Assembly: GCA_038133845.1 (NCBI GenBank)
Contig: JAYPUA010000004.1
Location: 16,971 to 80,970, forward strand
Reading direction: 5' to 3'
Source of the DNA: Deltaproteobacteria bacterium
GTDB taxonomy: Bacteria > SAR324 > NAC60-12
Length of the DNA: 64,000 bases
The notes beneath the pieces were generated by a model that worked only from the letters and a program-made list of their open reading frames with translations, had not been told where the DNA came from and did no database searches. Shown here one piece after another: positions 55,693 to 64,000 of the stretch; position 1 is the stretch's first letter; each line of letters starts with the position of its first letter. Both the position numbers and the translations under genes were made by a program.

Positions 55693-56450
55693 TCGTCTCT
55701 CTCTCGGCAATCGCTTCCCAGGACTCCGCTCTGCGCCAAAAGCGTGAGCAGTGGCTGATTGTTCTCTGGGGGCTGGTTCTGGCAATCAGCCTGCTGACGG
55801 CAGACTTTCAGGACCCGACCCTCTTTCATCCGGCTGCTCCGGTCGAAGGAATCTCCAACGGGCTGGGCGTAATTGGAGCGCTGCTTGGTGGAACTCTGCT
55901 GGAGTGGTTTGGAGCCTCGGCCTTGATGATGGGCTGGCTGCTGTGGCGGCTTCCCTTCACCCCAAGGCTGCTGCTGGAAGATCGCCCCCGGAGTTCCTGG
56001 TTCAGTCGACTTCTGCATGCTCTGCTGGCCGCCAGCTCTCTCAGCCTGCTGCACGGACTCTTTGGCACCGGACGCTCCCTGGGCGTAAGCCTGTTCTGGC
56101 ATGAAGGCTACCTGGGACAGGTCGGGCGTGCCTGGATTCTGGAGGCGGAGTGGCCGTGGCTGCACCTTGCGGGACTCGTCTCGGTTGCCCTGTGGAGCCT
56201 GATCCGGCTCACCCCCTGCTTTCAACTGAACCTGCCTTGGGCTGCGTGGTTCGCCCATTGGAGCAACAAGGCCTCTGCCTGGTCTGCTGCAAGCTCAACT
56301 CCGCGTTCTCCGCTTTTCCAGACTGTCCCTCGACGGAGGGTGGTCTCTACCCAGGAAGGGGCTGCCGGAGCTGCGCAGATGCTCAGCAGCTATGCGGCCG
56401 CTCCCCTTCCTCAATCCCTTTCTTCATCAAGCCATGAAACTCACGATTGA
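55689..56450 (+). CDS. Membrane protein consisting only of an FtsK-N-terminal-like 4TM domain. No translocase motor.
   Basis: DFQDPTLF...ISNGLGVIGALLGGTLLEWFGASAL parallels FtsK NPSDPSW...NLGGMPGAWLADTLFFIFG. The ATG overlaps the coaD stop. Confidence 0.5.
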   Translation: MIVSLSAIASQDSALRQKREQWLIVLWGLVLAISLLTADFQDPTLFHPAAPVEGISNGLGVIGALLGGTLLEWFGASALMMGWLLWRLPFTPRLLLEDRPRSSWFSRLLHALLAASSLSLLHGLFGTGRSLGVSLFWHEGYLGQVGRAWILEAEWPWLHLAGLVSVALWSLIRLTPCFQLNLPWAAWFAHWSNKASAWSAASSTPRSPLFQTVPRRRVVSTQEGAAGAAQMLSSYAAAPLPQSLSSSSHETHD

Positions 56451-56652
56451 ATACTGCACGATGTGAAGCTACCTGCCCCGTGCGACCAGTTTGGCCGCAG
56501 AGATCCAGCAGGAACTTGGCGTGGAAACCCAGCTGATCCCCAGCGACAGAGGTGCGTTTGAGGTCAAGAACGAGGGGACGCTGGTGTTTTCAAAACATCA
56601 GCAAGGAAGATTCCCGGAGCCGGGAGAAGTGGTGAGGCTGCTTCGGAAGTGA
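56434..56652 (+). CDS. SelW/Rdx-family selenoprotein with an in-frame TGA (Sec) at 56464-56466 inside a CTMU (CxxU) motif.
   Basis: Read-through translation: MKLTIEYCTM-U-SYLPRATSLAAEIQQELGVETQLIPSDRGAFEVKNEGTLVFSKHQQGRFPEPGEVVRLLRK, 72 aa. This matches the bacterial SelW-like pattern IEYCTxU...GGVFEV...DG.LVFSK...GRFPE. selB lies about 3 kb away. The gene is absent from the ORF track because of the TGA. Confidence 0.7.
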
Positions 56653-56695
56653 ACTCGGTGAACTCAAGGGGCTTGCGCCCCTTGCAATCCCATGC

Positions 56696-56914
56696 TTAGA
56701 AGTCGGCTTTGAGCGCGGCGCGGATTTCGCGCTTGATGTCCTTGTTGCGCTGCTTCTCTGCGTTCTCGCGCTTGAGTCGCTTGGCGACGGAAGGCTTGAC
56801 GTAGAACTTGCGCTTCTTGATCTCCTTGAACAGCCCCTCACGGATCAGGGTGCGCTTGAGTTGCATCATCGACTTGGACAGGTTGCCATCTCGGACTTCA
56901 ATGGTGATTGCCAT
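56696..56914 (-). CDS. rpsU: 30S ribosomal protein S21.
   Basis: 72-aa product MAITIEVRDGNLSKSMMQLKRTLIREGLFKEIKKRKFYVKPSVAKRLKRENAEKQ... Confidence 0.9.
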   Translation of the reverse strand: MAITIEVRDGNLSKSMMQLKRTLIREGLFKEIKKRKFYVKPSVAKRLKRENAEKQRNKDIKREIRAALKADF

Positions 56915-57067
56915 GAAACTTCTTGCTGGGATTGGTTGAGAAATCTGACAGACAGAAACTGAAACAGAACAAAATAAAATTTCTCTCGAAGAGATACAAG
57001 CAAAAAACGTTGATTTGGGCGAACACGCAAGCCGGCCCCGACAACCTTGGATGAAAAGGATCGTGGA

Positions 57068-57550
57068 ATGACCTTTACGACAGCAGACCTGTACGACCAG
57101 CACGAAGAGACCCTGCGGGTGGTTGCCCCGGGATTTCGCAGCTATGGAGGGCACTCCCGAGTCGCCGGAGCGGTCAAGACGCTCCGGGTCTTCGAGGATA
57201 ACTCGCTGGTTCGCAAGCTGTTGGAGCAGCCTGGAGGAGGGCGGGTGCTTGTGGTAGACGGAGGTCGCTCCATGCGCTGTGCGCTCCTGGGGGACAACCT
57301 GGCGCGCCTGGGGGTGGAGAACGGCTGGATCGGAGTGGTGGTCCAAGGCTGCATCCGGGATTCTGCAGAGATCCGCTCCATGCCATTGGGAGTCTGGGCG
57401 CTGGGTACGAACCCGCGCAAGAGCATCAAGCGAGGACGGGGCGAGGTGGAGGTGGAGATTGAGCTGGGAGGGGTGGCTCTTCGTCCCGGAGACTGGCTCT
57501 ATGCCGATGAAGACGGGATCGTGATTGCGGAGGGCCCACTTCCGGAGTGA
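57068..57550 (+). CDS. rraA: RraA family protein (RNase E regulator / 4-hydroxy-4-methyl-2-oxoglutarate aldolase-like).
   Basis: LYDQ...RVVAPGFRSYGG...GRVLVVDGGRS...GWIGVVVQGCIRD is the RraA signature. Confidence 0.8.
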   Translation: MTFTTADLYDQHEETLRVVAPGFRSYGGHSRVAGAVKTLRVFEDNSLVRKLLEQPGGGRVLVVDGGRSMRCALLGDNLARLGVENGWIGVVVQGCIRDSAEIRSMPLGVWALGTNPRKSIKRGRGEVEVEIELGGVALRPGDWLYADEDGIVIAEGPLPE

Positions 57551-57556
57551 GCCCCG

Positions 57557-59686
57557 TCACGGCAGTGCAACAAAGCGCCCCCGGCGGATCGTCAGCAGCT
57601 GCATCTCGCGCTGAATCTCTCCACTCTCATCAAAGCTCAGGCGTCCTGTTGCCCCTTCGAACGCCGGGAGGTCCAGCAGCGCCTGCCGCAACTCTCGGTG
57701 GCTGTGATTGCGTGGATCCCGGAGCAGGTGCTTGAGCAACTCCAGCGTGTCGTATGCGTAGGCGACGTAGCTGGAGGGGGCCTGATAGCTCGGGGCCTCG
57801 GCAAACATCTGCTCATAGGCATCCACAAACCGGCGCACTTCCGGACGCTCGCTCTGTGGGAAGAAGCTGTTCACGGTGACCAGCCGGCGCAGGCGTTCGT
57901 TGCCCTGAGCAAACAGCAGGGCCGGGTTGCTCCACCCGGAATCTCCCAGAAACAGAGTGTCCTCCAGCTGATAGACCGAAACGTAGGGCAGCATCACCTT
58001 CAGGTCGGAGATGCCCTGGCTTCCTGCTGCGACAAACACCGCGTCGAAGTTGCGGGTCGGTTCCCGCTTGTCCTTGAGTTCCTCCAGATTTTTCTCATCC
58101 TGAGCGGTGGTCTCCTTGCGGATCCCGGTGATGGTCTCAAACTCACGCAGGTAGCTCGCCTGCTGTGAGCCGTACTGTTCCACCGCGACCACTTCCACTC
58201 CCAGGCGTTGTGCCTCCTCCAGAAACAGCTCGATCTTCTCCTGCCCCTCCCGCTTTCCGGAGTAGAGCACAGCGACCCGCTGCACCTGATGGTAGTCTCG
58301 GGCGAAGAGAAGCAGGTCGTGCAGCTCCTGCTTCCAGCTCAAGTTGTTCCGGAAGGTGAATTCACCCAATTCGGCGATGCTGGAGGTCAGCGAGAGCGAG
58401 ATCAGCGGGACCTTCCAGATCTCGGCCTCGGCAGCGGCAGCTTCTGAGGTCCTGCGGGTGAGCGGGCCGATGATCGCCATCACGTGTTCCTGCTCCACCA
58501 ACTCCCGCACCGCCTCCCGGGTCTTTTCCGGACTGAGCTGAGAGTCGCGAATGACCAGCTCCCACTGCGGTTCCTGAGGCAGGAGTGCGATCTCAGGGTC
58601 TGTTTCCGGAGGAGACTCATCAGGGCTGGCTGGCACCTGTGGAGGTTGATGCAGCGCGAGCCGCAGGCCGTGCAGCGTCTGCTGCGTCAGGCGCGAGACC
58701 AGGGCGCTGTTGCTGCTCATCGGCAAGATCACTCCGATCCGGTAGGGCTGCACCTGCTGAGCCGCCTGGACTCGCTGTTGCAGGAAAAGCAAGGACTCCG
58801 TGAGCCCCTCCAACCCTACGCCCTGCATGCGAGGCAGCAACTGTGCGATCAGTCCGGAAGCCCGCTCATACTCTCCTTGGCGCATCAGCAGCCGGACGTA
58901 GATGCTCGGCAGGCTGCGCCGAAGCATCGGGAACTCCGGATGGAGGTCCACCAGACGATTGAGTTCTCGTGTGGAGGGCAACTCCTCCATCTCGGAGAGA
59001 ACCTCCTGAAGTTTCTTCGATGGATCCGGATATCGAGCATCCTGCAGAGCGTGCAGGTCCAGATTCAAGGCATCGAAGAGGCGTCCGGAAGCCCGCGCCT
59101 GCGCGGAGAGCATCTCCAGGAAGGTGATCCGGAACTTGCCTTCCAGCTCCGTGAGCACTCTCTCCTGCAAAGGCAGGATGGACTGAATCGGGAGGTCTTG
59201 CTCGAAGCGCGCCCGAGCCATCAGCCAGTAGACCGAAGGGGCGCTGGGATGGTTCGGATACCAGCCGAGAAACCGGCGGGCGGCCTGCTCGGCTTCCGGG
59301 AAGTTGCCCCGGAGCAGCTCAATCTGGCTGGTGAGCGCCAGAGCTTCCGCCTGCTCCAGCTGAGAGCTCACTTCACCCAAAACCGTCCGGGCCGCCTCCG
59401 GATCGGTGGAGGCCACACCCAGCACCTCCTGCGCCAGCGTGGGACGCGAGAGGAACTGCTCTTCCAGGCGGCTGCTGAGCCGCGAATTGTCGAGCGGGCG
59501 CGAGGGCAACTGCAGGACCAGTTGATGCTCCTCGGCCTCCGGAAGCTGGCGTTTCCACCACTCCGGATCCTGAAGCACGCTCTGTCCCCAGGCACTCCCG
59601 CACAGCAACAGGAGCCCTGCGAGCAGGGCCCCCCGGAGCTGATTTGGCCTAGAGCAGAAAGTAGAGCCCGAGGACCAGGACCACAT
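57557..59686 (-). CDS. LpoA-like outer-membrane lipoprotein: N-terminal TPR-like helical domain plus a C-terminal periplasmic-binding-protein type-I domain.
   Basis: Signal / lipobox-like ALLAGLLLLCGSAWG. C-terminal YRIGVILPMSS..., HVMAIIGPL and DAVFVAAGS blocks parallel the E. coli LpoA C-domain. The start is approximate. Confidence 0.5.
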   Translation of the reverse strand: MWSWSSGSTFCSRPNQLRGALLAGLLLLCGSAWGQSVLQDPEWWKRQLPEAEEHQLVLQLPSRPLDNSRLSSRLEEQFLSRPTLAQEVLGVASTDPEAARTVLGEVSSQLEQAEALALTSQIELLRGNFPEAEQAARRFLGWYPNHPSAPSVYWLMARARFEQDLPIQSILPLQERVLTELEGKFRITFLEMLSAQARASGRLFDALNLDLHALQDARYPDPSKKLQEVLSEMEELPSTRELNRLVDLHPEFPMLRRSLPSIYVRLLMRQGEYERASGLIAQLLPRMQGVGLEGLTESLLFLQQRVQAAQQVQPYRIGVILPMSSNSALVSRLTQQTLHGLRLALHQPPQVPASPDESPPETDPEIALLPQEPQWELVIRDSQLSPEKTREAVRELVEQEHVMAIIGPLTRRTSEAAAAEAEIWKVPLISLSLTSSIAELGEFTFRNNLSWKQELHDLLLFARDYHQVQRVAVLYSGKREGQEKIELFLEEAQRLGVEVVAVEQYGSQQASYLREFETITGIRKETTAQDEKNLEELKDKREPTRNFDAVFVAAGSQGISDLKVMLPYVSVYQLEDTLFLGDSGWSNPALLFAQGNERLRRLVTVNSFFPQSERPEVRRFVDAYEQMFAEAPSYQAPSSYVAYAYDTLELLKHLLRDPRNHSHRELRQALLDLPAFEGATGRLSFDESGEIQREMQLLTIRRGRFVALP

Positions 59687-59800
59687 CCGAAGCCAGCATG
59701 ACCCGGTTGACGGTTTGCTTCCCGGTTTCAGAGAGGACATCATAGTTGCGTTTGAAGAAGGTCTTGAGGACAAATCGGGACTGAGGGGCAAGAAAGTTCA

Positions 59801-61744
59801 TCATCCATCATGCAAAGTGGGCTCAGCGTTCAGCATTCCGGCGGTGCGCTGGTTCTCATGCCGAACGGTGAGGCGTTGAAGATCAAAGTATTCTAACAAC
59901 TCCACGGCATGCTTGCGAGAAATCCCGAGCAGGTCCTTGAACTCGATCACGCTCAAGGTCTGCGCCCGGGAGAAGTGCTCTCGCAAATGTTGGGTAATCT
60001 GCTCCAGAACCTCCGGGAGGTAGAACAGATCCTCTGCAATCCGGATCAACCGGCGGTGATGCGATCCGTGCTTGAGCAGCGCGACCCCAGCTTTTTCATC
60101 CAGCTCAAGGGCCTCCAGCAGGTGTGTCCGTCGCAGCGGCTGAAAGCCCCCCTGCCGGAGCAGCTCCTCACAGCGCGAAAGCAGGGCCTCCTGGTCCGTT
60201 CCAGTCTCTGGCTGATGCTCCGGGTCGGCATAGGTCTGGTCTTCGTTGCGGAGCAGCGTTCCTTCTCGCACAAGCAACTTCAGCAACGCGTCCACTCGGG
60301 ATTCCTGCTGCAGCACCGAGGCCAGCTTCCCGGCAAGTTCCGGACGGGTCATGCCCGCGCGTTCCGGAAAGCGAGCGTGGTGGCCCTGGACAATGCGCAG
60401 CACGTAATGCCCCAGCCGGCGCAGGTGCTCCGGATGCCACCAGCGCTGTTCCTGAGCGTCCAGACACACGAGGCGCTGCTTGCTTTGAAGCCACTGAAGC
60501 AGCTTCTCCGCGCGCTTGATGGAGAGTCCCGACCGAGCCGCCAGCTCTTCCTGAGCCACCCCACGCATCGCCTGCAGGAAGACCGTATCCTCCACACGCT
60601 GCGCCTCGTCCTCTCCCCGGAGGCCTTCCAGACGCTGTGCCAGTTCGTGCATGACCCGTCGTGACTTTGCGGGTGCCGGATCCAGCACCCGCCCGCCTCC
60701 AATGGTCTGGACCGGCGAGTAGCTCCGCACAATGAAGCGATCCCCAAAGCGGCTGCTCACCGGTGCTTCCAGCCGGAGCTGACAGAGCCCCTGCGCCCCT
60801 GGAGTCAGCTGAGGCTGCTCGAGCAGGACGACCCGCCCAAGAACCTCTCGGGTTCCCAGATAGACCCGGACGCGCTGTCGGGTTTGCAGCGGCCGGGCCG
60901 CGTCTTCGAGCACCTGCAGTTCAACGTTGAGCATGAAGCTGTTCAGCAGCGATCCGGGAAGCGCCAGCTGGTCGCCGCGCTGAATTTCCTTGTGGTGCAA
61001 GGTGCTGAGGTTGAGCGCAGTCCGCTGCCCGGCAACCACCTTTGCCGCGGCCACTCCGTGAACCTGCATCCCGCGAATACGGGCCAAACGCTGCTGCGGA
61101 TACTGCATCAACTCCTCATCAATCCGGAGAGTCCCAGCGCCTGCGGTCCCGGTGACCACGGTTCCAAATCCCTTTGCCGCAAACGAGCGGTCCACGGCGA
61201 GGCGAAAGGGGGCCTCCGGATGCCGAGGCTGGGGCGCAAGTTGGAACAGGGCCTCGCGCAGCTCAGGCAGTCCCTGTCCACTGAGCGCGGAGACGTGATG
61301 AACCGGAGCCTCCCGGAGGAAAGTCTCCTGCACCAACTCACGGACCTCCTCGGCACAGAGTTCGACCAGGTCCGGATCCTCCACCTTGTCGATGCGGGTC
61401 AGCACAATCAACCCAGTTTGAATCCCGAGGAGGTTGCAGATTGCCAGGTGCTCCCGGGTTTGCGGCATCACCCCTTCATCGGCTGCGACAACGAGCAGCA
61501 CCGCATCCAGCCCTGAAGCTCCGGCGAGCATGTTGTGCACGAAGCGCTCATGTCCCGGAACATCGACAAAGGCCAGGGTGTTTCCCCCCTCGTCCTGCAG
61601 GTGAGCAAAGCCGAGATCAATGGTGATCCCGCGGTTCTTCTCTTCCTGGAAGCGGTCCGGATCCACTCCCGTCAAGGCCTTGACGAGCGTGCTTTTCCCG
61701 TGATCGATGTGCCCGCTGGTTCCCAGAACGAGGTGGCGTGCCAA
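59801..61744 (-). CDS. selB: Selenocysteine-specific translation elongation factor.
   Basis: N-terminal GTPase [16 protein letters not shown]...DVPGHERF...TRIDKV, followed by about 300 aa of winged-helix SECIS-binding region; 647 aa in total. Confidence 0.85.
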   Translation of the reverse strand: MARHLVLGTSGHIDHGKSTLVKALTGVDPDRFQEEKNRGITIDLGFAHLQDEGGNTLAFVDVPGHERFVHNMLAGASGLDAVLLVVAADEGVMPQTREHLAICNLLGIQTGLIVLTRIDKVEDPDLVELCAEEVRELVQETFLREAPVHHVSALSGQGLPELREALFQLAPQPRHPEAPFRLAVDRSFAAKGFGTVVTGTAGAGTLRIDEELMQYPQQRLARIRGMQVHGVAAAKVVAGQRTALNLSTLHHKEIQRGDQLALPGSLLNSFMLNVELQVLEDAARPLQTRQRVRVYLGTREVLGRVVLLEQPQLTPGAQGLCQLRLEAPVSSRFGDRFIVRSYSPVQTIGGGRVLDPAPAKSRRVMHELAQRLEGLRGEDEAQRVEDTVFLQAMRGVAQEELAARSGLSIKRAEKLLQWLQSKQRLVCLDAQEQRWWHPEHLRRLGHYVLRIVQGHHARFPERAGMTRPELAGKLASVLQQESRVDALLKLLVREGTLLRNEDQTYADPEHQPETGTDQEALLSRCEELLRQGGFQPLRRTHLLEALELDEKAGVALLKHGSHHRRLIRIAEDLFYLPEVLEQITQHLREHFSRAQTLSVIEFKDLLGISRKHAVELLEYFDLQRLTVRHENQRTAGMLNAEPTLHDG

Positions 61745-61751
61745 GAGGATA

Positions 61752-63512
61752 TCAGTGCGGCGTGGGTGAAGCGGAGGAGGCCGGGAGCGAGGCAGACCTC
61801 TCCTGGGAGGTGATGGAGAGGATCTCTTCCACAGTGGTCAGGCCGAGCAGCACCTTGTAGATCCCGTCCCGGCGCAGGGTGATCATGCCCTCCTGAAGGG
61901 CCGCGCGGCGGATGGAGTTCGAATCGCTGGTCTCCAGGATCAGCTGCTTGATCCCGTCACTCATCGGGAGCAGCTCGTGGACGCCGATGCGCCCGCGATA
62001 TCCGGTTCCCCGACAGGCGTCGCATCCAGCTCCCCGGTAAAGCTGTCCGCCCACCTGCTTCAGCGCCTTCTCGGAGATCCTCAGCTCACGGACCTGCTCC
62101 GGGTGCGGGACGTAGCCCTCCTTGCAGGACGGGCAGATGCGCCGCACCAGCCGCTGTGCGAGGACCCCGATGATGGTCGAGGAGACCAGGAAGGGCTCGA
62201 TGCTCATGTCGATCAGGCGGGTGATGGTGGCGGGCGCGTTGTTCGTGTGCACGGTGCTGAAGACCAGGTGTCCGGTCAAGGCTGCCTGAATGGCGATCTG
62301 TGCGGTCTCGGCGTCGCGCATCTCGCCCACCATCACCACATCCGGATCCTGACGCAGCACCGAACGCAGCGCGTTGGCAAAGGTCAGGCCGATCCGGTGG
62401 TTCACCTCGATCTGGCTGTAGCCCGGACGCTTGTACTCCACCGGCTCCTCGATGGTGATCACGTTCCGGGAGGTGTGGTCGATCTCCGAAAGCGCCGCAT
62501 AGAGCGTGGTGGTCTTTCCACTGCCGGTGGGCCCCGTGACCAGGATGATCCCTCCGTGCGAGTGGATCATCTCCCGGAAGGGAACCAGCAAGCGCTTGGA
62601 CATGCCCAGCTCCGGGAGGCTCAGCAGCTTCTCGTTGCGCTGCAGGAGGCGCATCACCACCTTCTCTCCGTGAACCGTGGGGACCGTGGAGACCCGGATG
62701 TCGATCTTCTTCCCGGCAATCACCACCATCGTCTGGCCATCTTGCGGCATGCTCTTTTGCGCGATGTCGAGCCGCGACATGACCTTGATCCGGTTGACGA
62801 CCGTCACATGGGCCGCCCGGGGCACCTGAGTCACCCGATGCAGAACGCCGTCAATGCGATACCGGATGTGGGTCTCCTGAGGGGCCGGGTCCACGTGCAC
62901 GTCGCTGGCCCCCTCCTTGACCGCCTGCCAAAGCAGCGAGTTGACCAGCCGCTTGACGGGTTCCTCGTCAGTGGCATCCAGCAGGTCTTCGGGCTCCTCC
63001 AGTCCGGAGATGCCGTCAATTCGCTCCTCGGAGTCCAATTGCTCGACGGCCTCTTCGCTCAGCCGGTTTTCCTGATCATAGGCTCGGTTGATGAAGTCCA
63101 GAACCGCCTGTCGAGGGACCACCACCGGAAGGACCGGGCACTGGAAGACCCGGGCCAACTCCTCCAGCGGCTCCAGGCGTCCGGGGTCGTCGATGGCCAC
63201 CTCCAGCCCTCCCTCGCTTCGTCCGAGCGGCATGCAGCTGAAGCGCTTGGCGTAGCGGATCGGAATGCGCTTGGTGAACTCGGCACTCAGGCTCTGGTTT
63301 TCCAGCGACTCGCGGAAGGGGAGGTCGCAACTCTGGGCCAGGGCCTTCTGAAAGACGACCTCCGAGACGGCCTTGTGCTTGATCAGCACCTCACGGAGCG
63401 CCTCGGGCTGCTGGCGATAGGCCACCAGCTGCTCGTGCAACGGCTTCAGCACAGCGGGGGGAAGGGCCCCGTTCTCCTGGAGGTGTTCGATGGCCGGGTG
63501 GTAGGAAGTCAT
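61752..63512 (-). CDS. GspE/PilB-family secretion ATPase (T2SS/T4P type).
   Basis: GSPII_E N-domain, Walker A GPTGSGKTT and a C-terminal tetracysteine motif CPSC...CDAC. Confidence 0.8.
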   Translation of the reverse strand: MTSYHPAIEHLQENGALPPAVLKPLHEQLVAYRQQPEALREVLIKHKAVSEVVFQKALAQSCDLPFRESLENQSLSAEFTKRIPIRYAKRFSCMPLGRSEGGLEVAIDDPGRLEPLEELARVFQCPVLPVVVPRQAVLDFINRAYDQENRLSEEAVEQLDSEERIDGISGLEEPEDLLDATDEEPVKRLVNSLLWQAVKEGASDVHVDPAPQETHIRYRIDGVLHRVTQVPRAAHVTVVNRIKVMSRLDIAQKSMPQDGQTMVVIAGKKIDIRVSTVPTVHGEKVVMRLLQRNEKLLSLPELGMSKRLLVPFREMIHSHGGIILVTGPTGSGKTTTLYAALSEIDHTSRNVITIEEPVEYKRPGYSQIEVNHRIGLTFANALRSVLRQDPDVVMVGEMRDAETAQIAIQAALTGHLVFSTVHTNNAPATITRLIDMSIEPFLVSSTIIGVLAQRLVRRICPSCKEGYVPHPEQVRELRISEKALKQVGGQLYRGAGCDACRGTGYRGRIGVHELLPMSDGIKQLILETSDSNSIRRAALQEGMITLRRDGIYKVLLGLTTVEEILSITSQERSASLPASSASPTPH

Positions 63513-63789
63513 GTGACAAATGGGGTGTCTTGTGAAGGCGCAAGGGCGTGATGTTTCCCAGGCAGGCTCCGGATGAGGACCCGATGAAAAACTTGGCGCT
63601 CCGGCCTTGATCTGTTAGGATTTTGCCAGTGAATCAAGTCATTGATCAAGCGCTGAATCCACCTCATGTGAAGGCCCTCTTTTGTATTCTCCTCCGTCAG
63701 CTCCATCTTCCAAGTCCGAGGGGCTGCCGAGCGGAACACCTTCACACCCGCCTCCTGTCAAGCTTCAGGGAACAGCCTTCCTCACTCAA

Positions 63790-64000
63790 TTGGAGCAGGA
63801 GTTGAAGGAGCTGGAGGCCCTGATCCTTCAGGACGTCCAGACAGACATCCCGCTGCTTACCCGCGTCGCCGAGCACATTCTCCGCTCAGGAGGAAAGCGT
63901 CTCCGCCCACTGCTGGTGCTGCTGGGAGCACGCAGTTTTGGCACCCTGGATCTTCCAATCCTGCAGGCCGCTCAGGTCGTTGAATACCTCCACACAGCCA
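63790..64000 (+). CDS. Polyprenyl diphosphate synthase (IspB-like), 5' partial, probably starting at TTG. It runs off the window edge.
   Basis: The frame reads LEQELKELEALILQDVQTDIPLLTRVAEHILRSGGKRLRPLLVLLGA, the canonical IspB N-terminus. There is no ATG in frame after the upstream stop. Confidence 0.55.
   Translation, partial: MEQELKELEALILQDVQTDIPLLTRVAEHILRSGGKRLRPLLVLLGARSFGTLDLPILQAAQVVEYLHTA

Noticed and set aside
1-64000. CRISPR arrays, rRNA, tRNA, IS elements and integrase genes.
   Set aside because: No regularly spaced direct repeats, no tRNA-like cloverleaf candidates in intergenic regions, and no transposase or integrase-like ORFs were found by reading. The low-GC islet lacks a recognisable mobility gene.

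Overview
High-GC (~65%) bacterial chromosomal window, probably proteobacterial, densely packed with about 60 genes. From start to end it holds: a ZrgABC-like zinc ABC uptake module (His-rich DUF2796 protein, ABC ATPase, FtsX-like permease) with a candidate Zur box; a standalone form-II CoxL-like molybdenum hydroxylase large subunit with two ABC permeases lacking a binding protein or ATPase, plus an SDR; housekeeping genes (BolA-like, tpx, mltA, riboflavin synthase, fxsA); an FKBP-rhodanese fusion, a CopZ-like chaperone and a CobN-like chelatase that appears N-terminally truncated; a ~1.5 kb low-GC islet (pRiA4_Orf3-like protein, small membrane and secreted proteins, CPT-like kinase remnant); a DUF1028 / Dpp-like oligopeptide ABC importer with fused permease-ATPase / M42 / M20 / GntR catabolic island whose divergent promoter carries twin perfect 18-bp palindromes; two duplicated AT-rich promoter modules in front of a small unknown ORF and a periplasmic tandem-rhodanese + YeeE/YedE operon; a MarR(EPS)-like regulator; aceB; an orphan ParA with an uncharacterised partner; a polyamine ABC importer with a class-III aminotransferase; folD and anmK; a LacI-controlled hexosamine/glycopeptide utilisation operon (GH20, sugar ABC transporter, Gfo/Idh/MocA, BadF-type kinase, M81 peptidase, RidA); mutS, coaD and a standalone FtsK 4TM-domain protein; rpsU, rraA, an LpoA-like lipoprotein, selB, an orphan GspE/PilB-family ATPase, and a partial ispB. 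The main hunt result is a SelW/Rdx-family selenoprotein gene (CxxU motif with an in-frame TGA) that the ORF track misses, about 3 kb from selB. No CRISPR array, rRNA or tRNA was recognised. ORF-track starts shown as M are often TTG/GTG, so several starts were re-placed on internal ATG codons.
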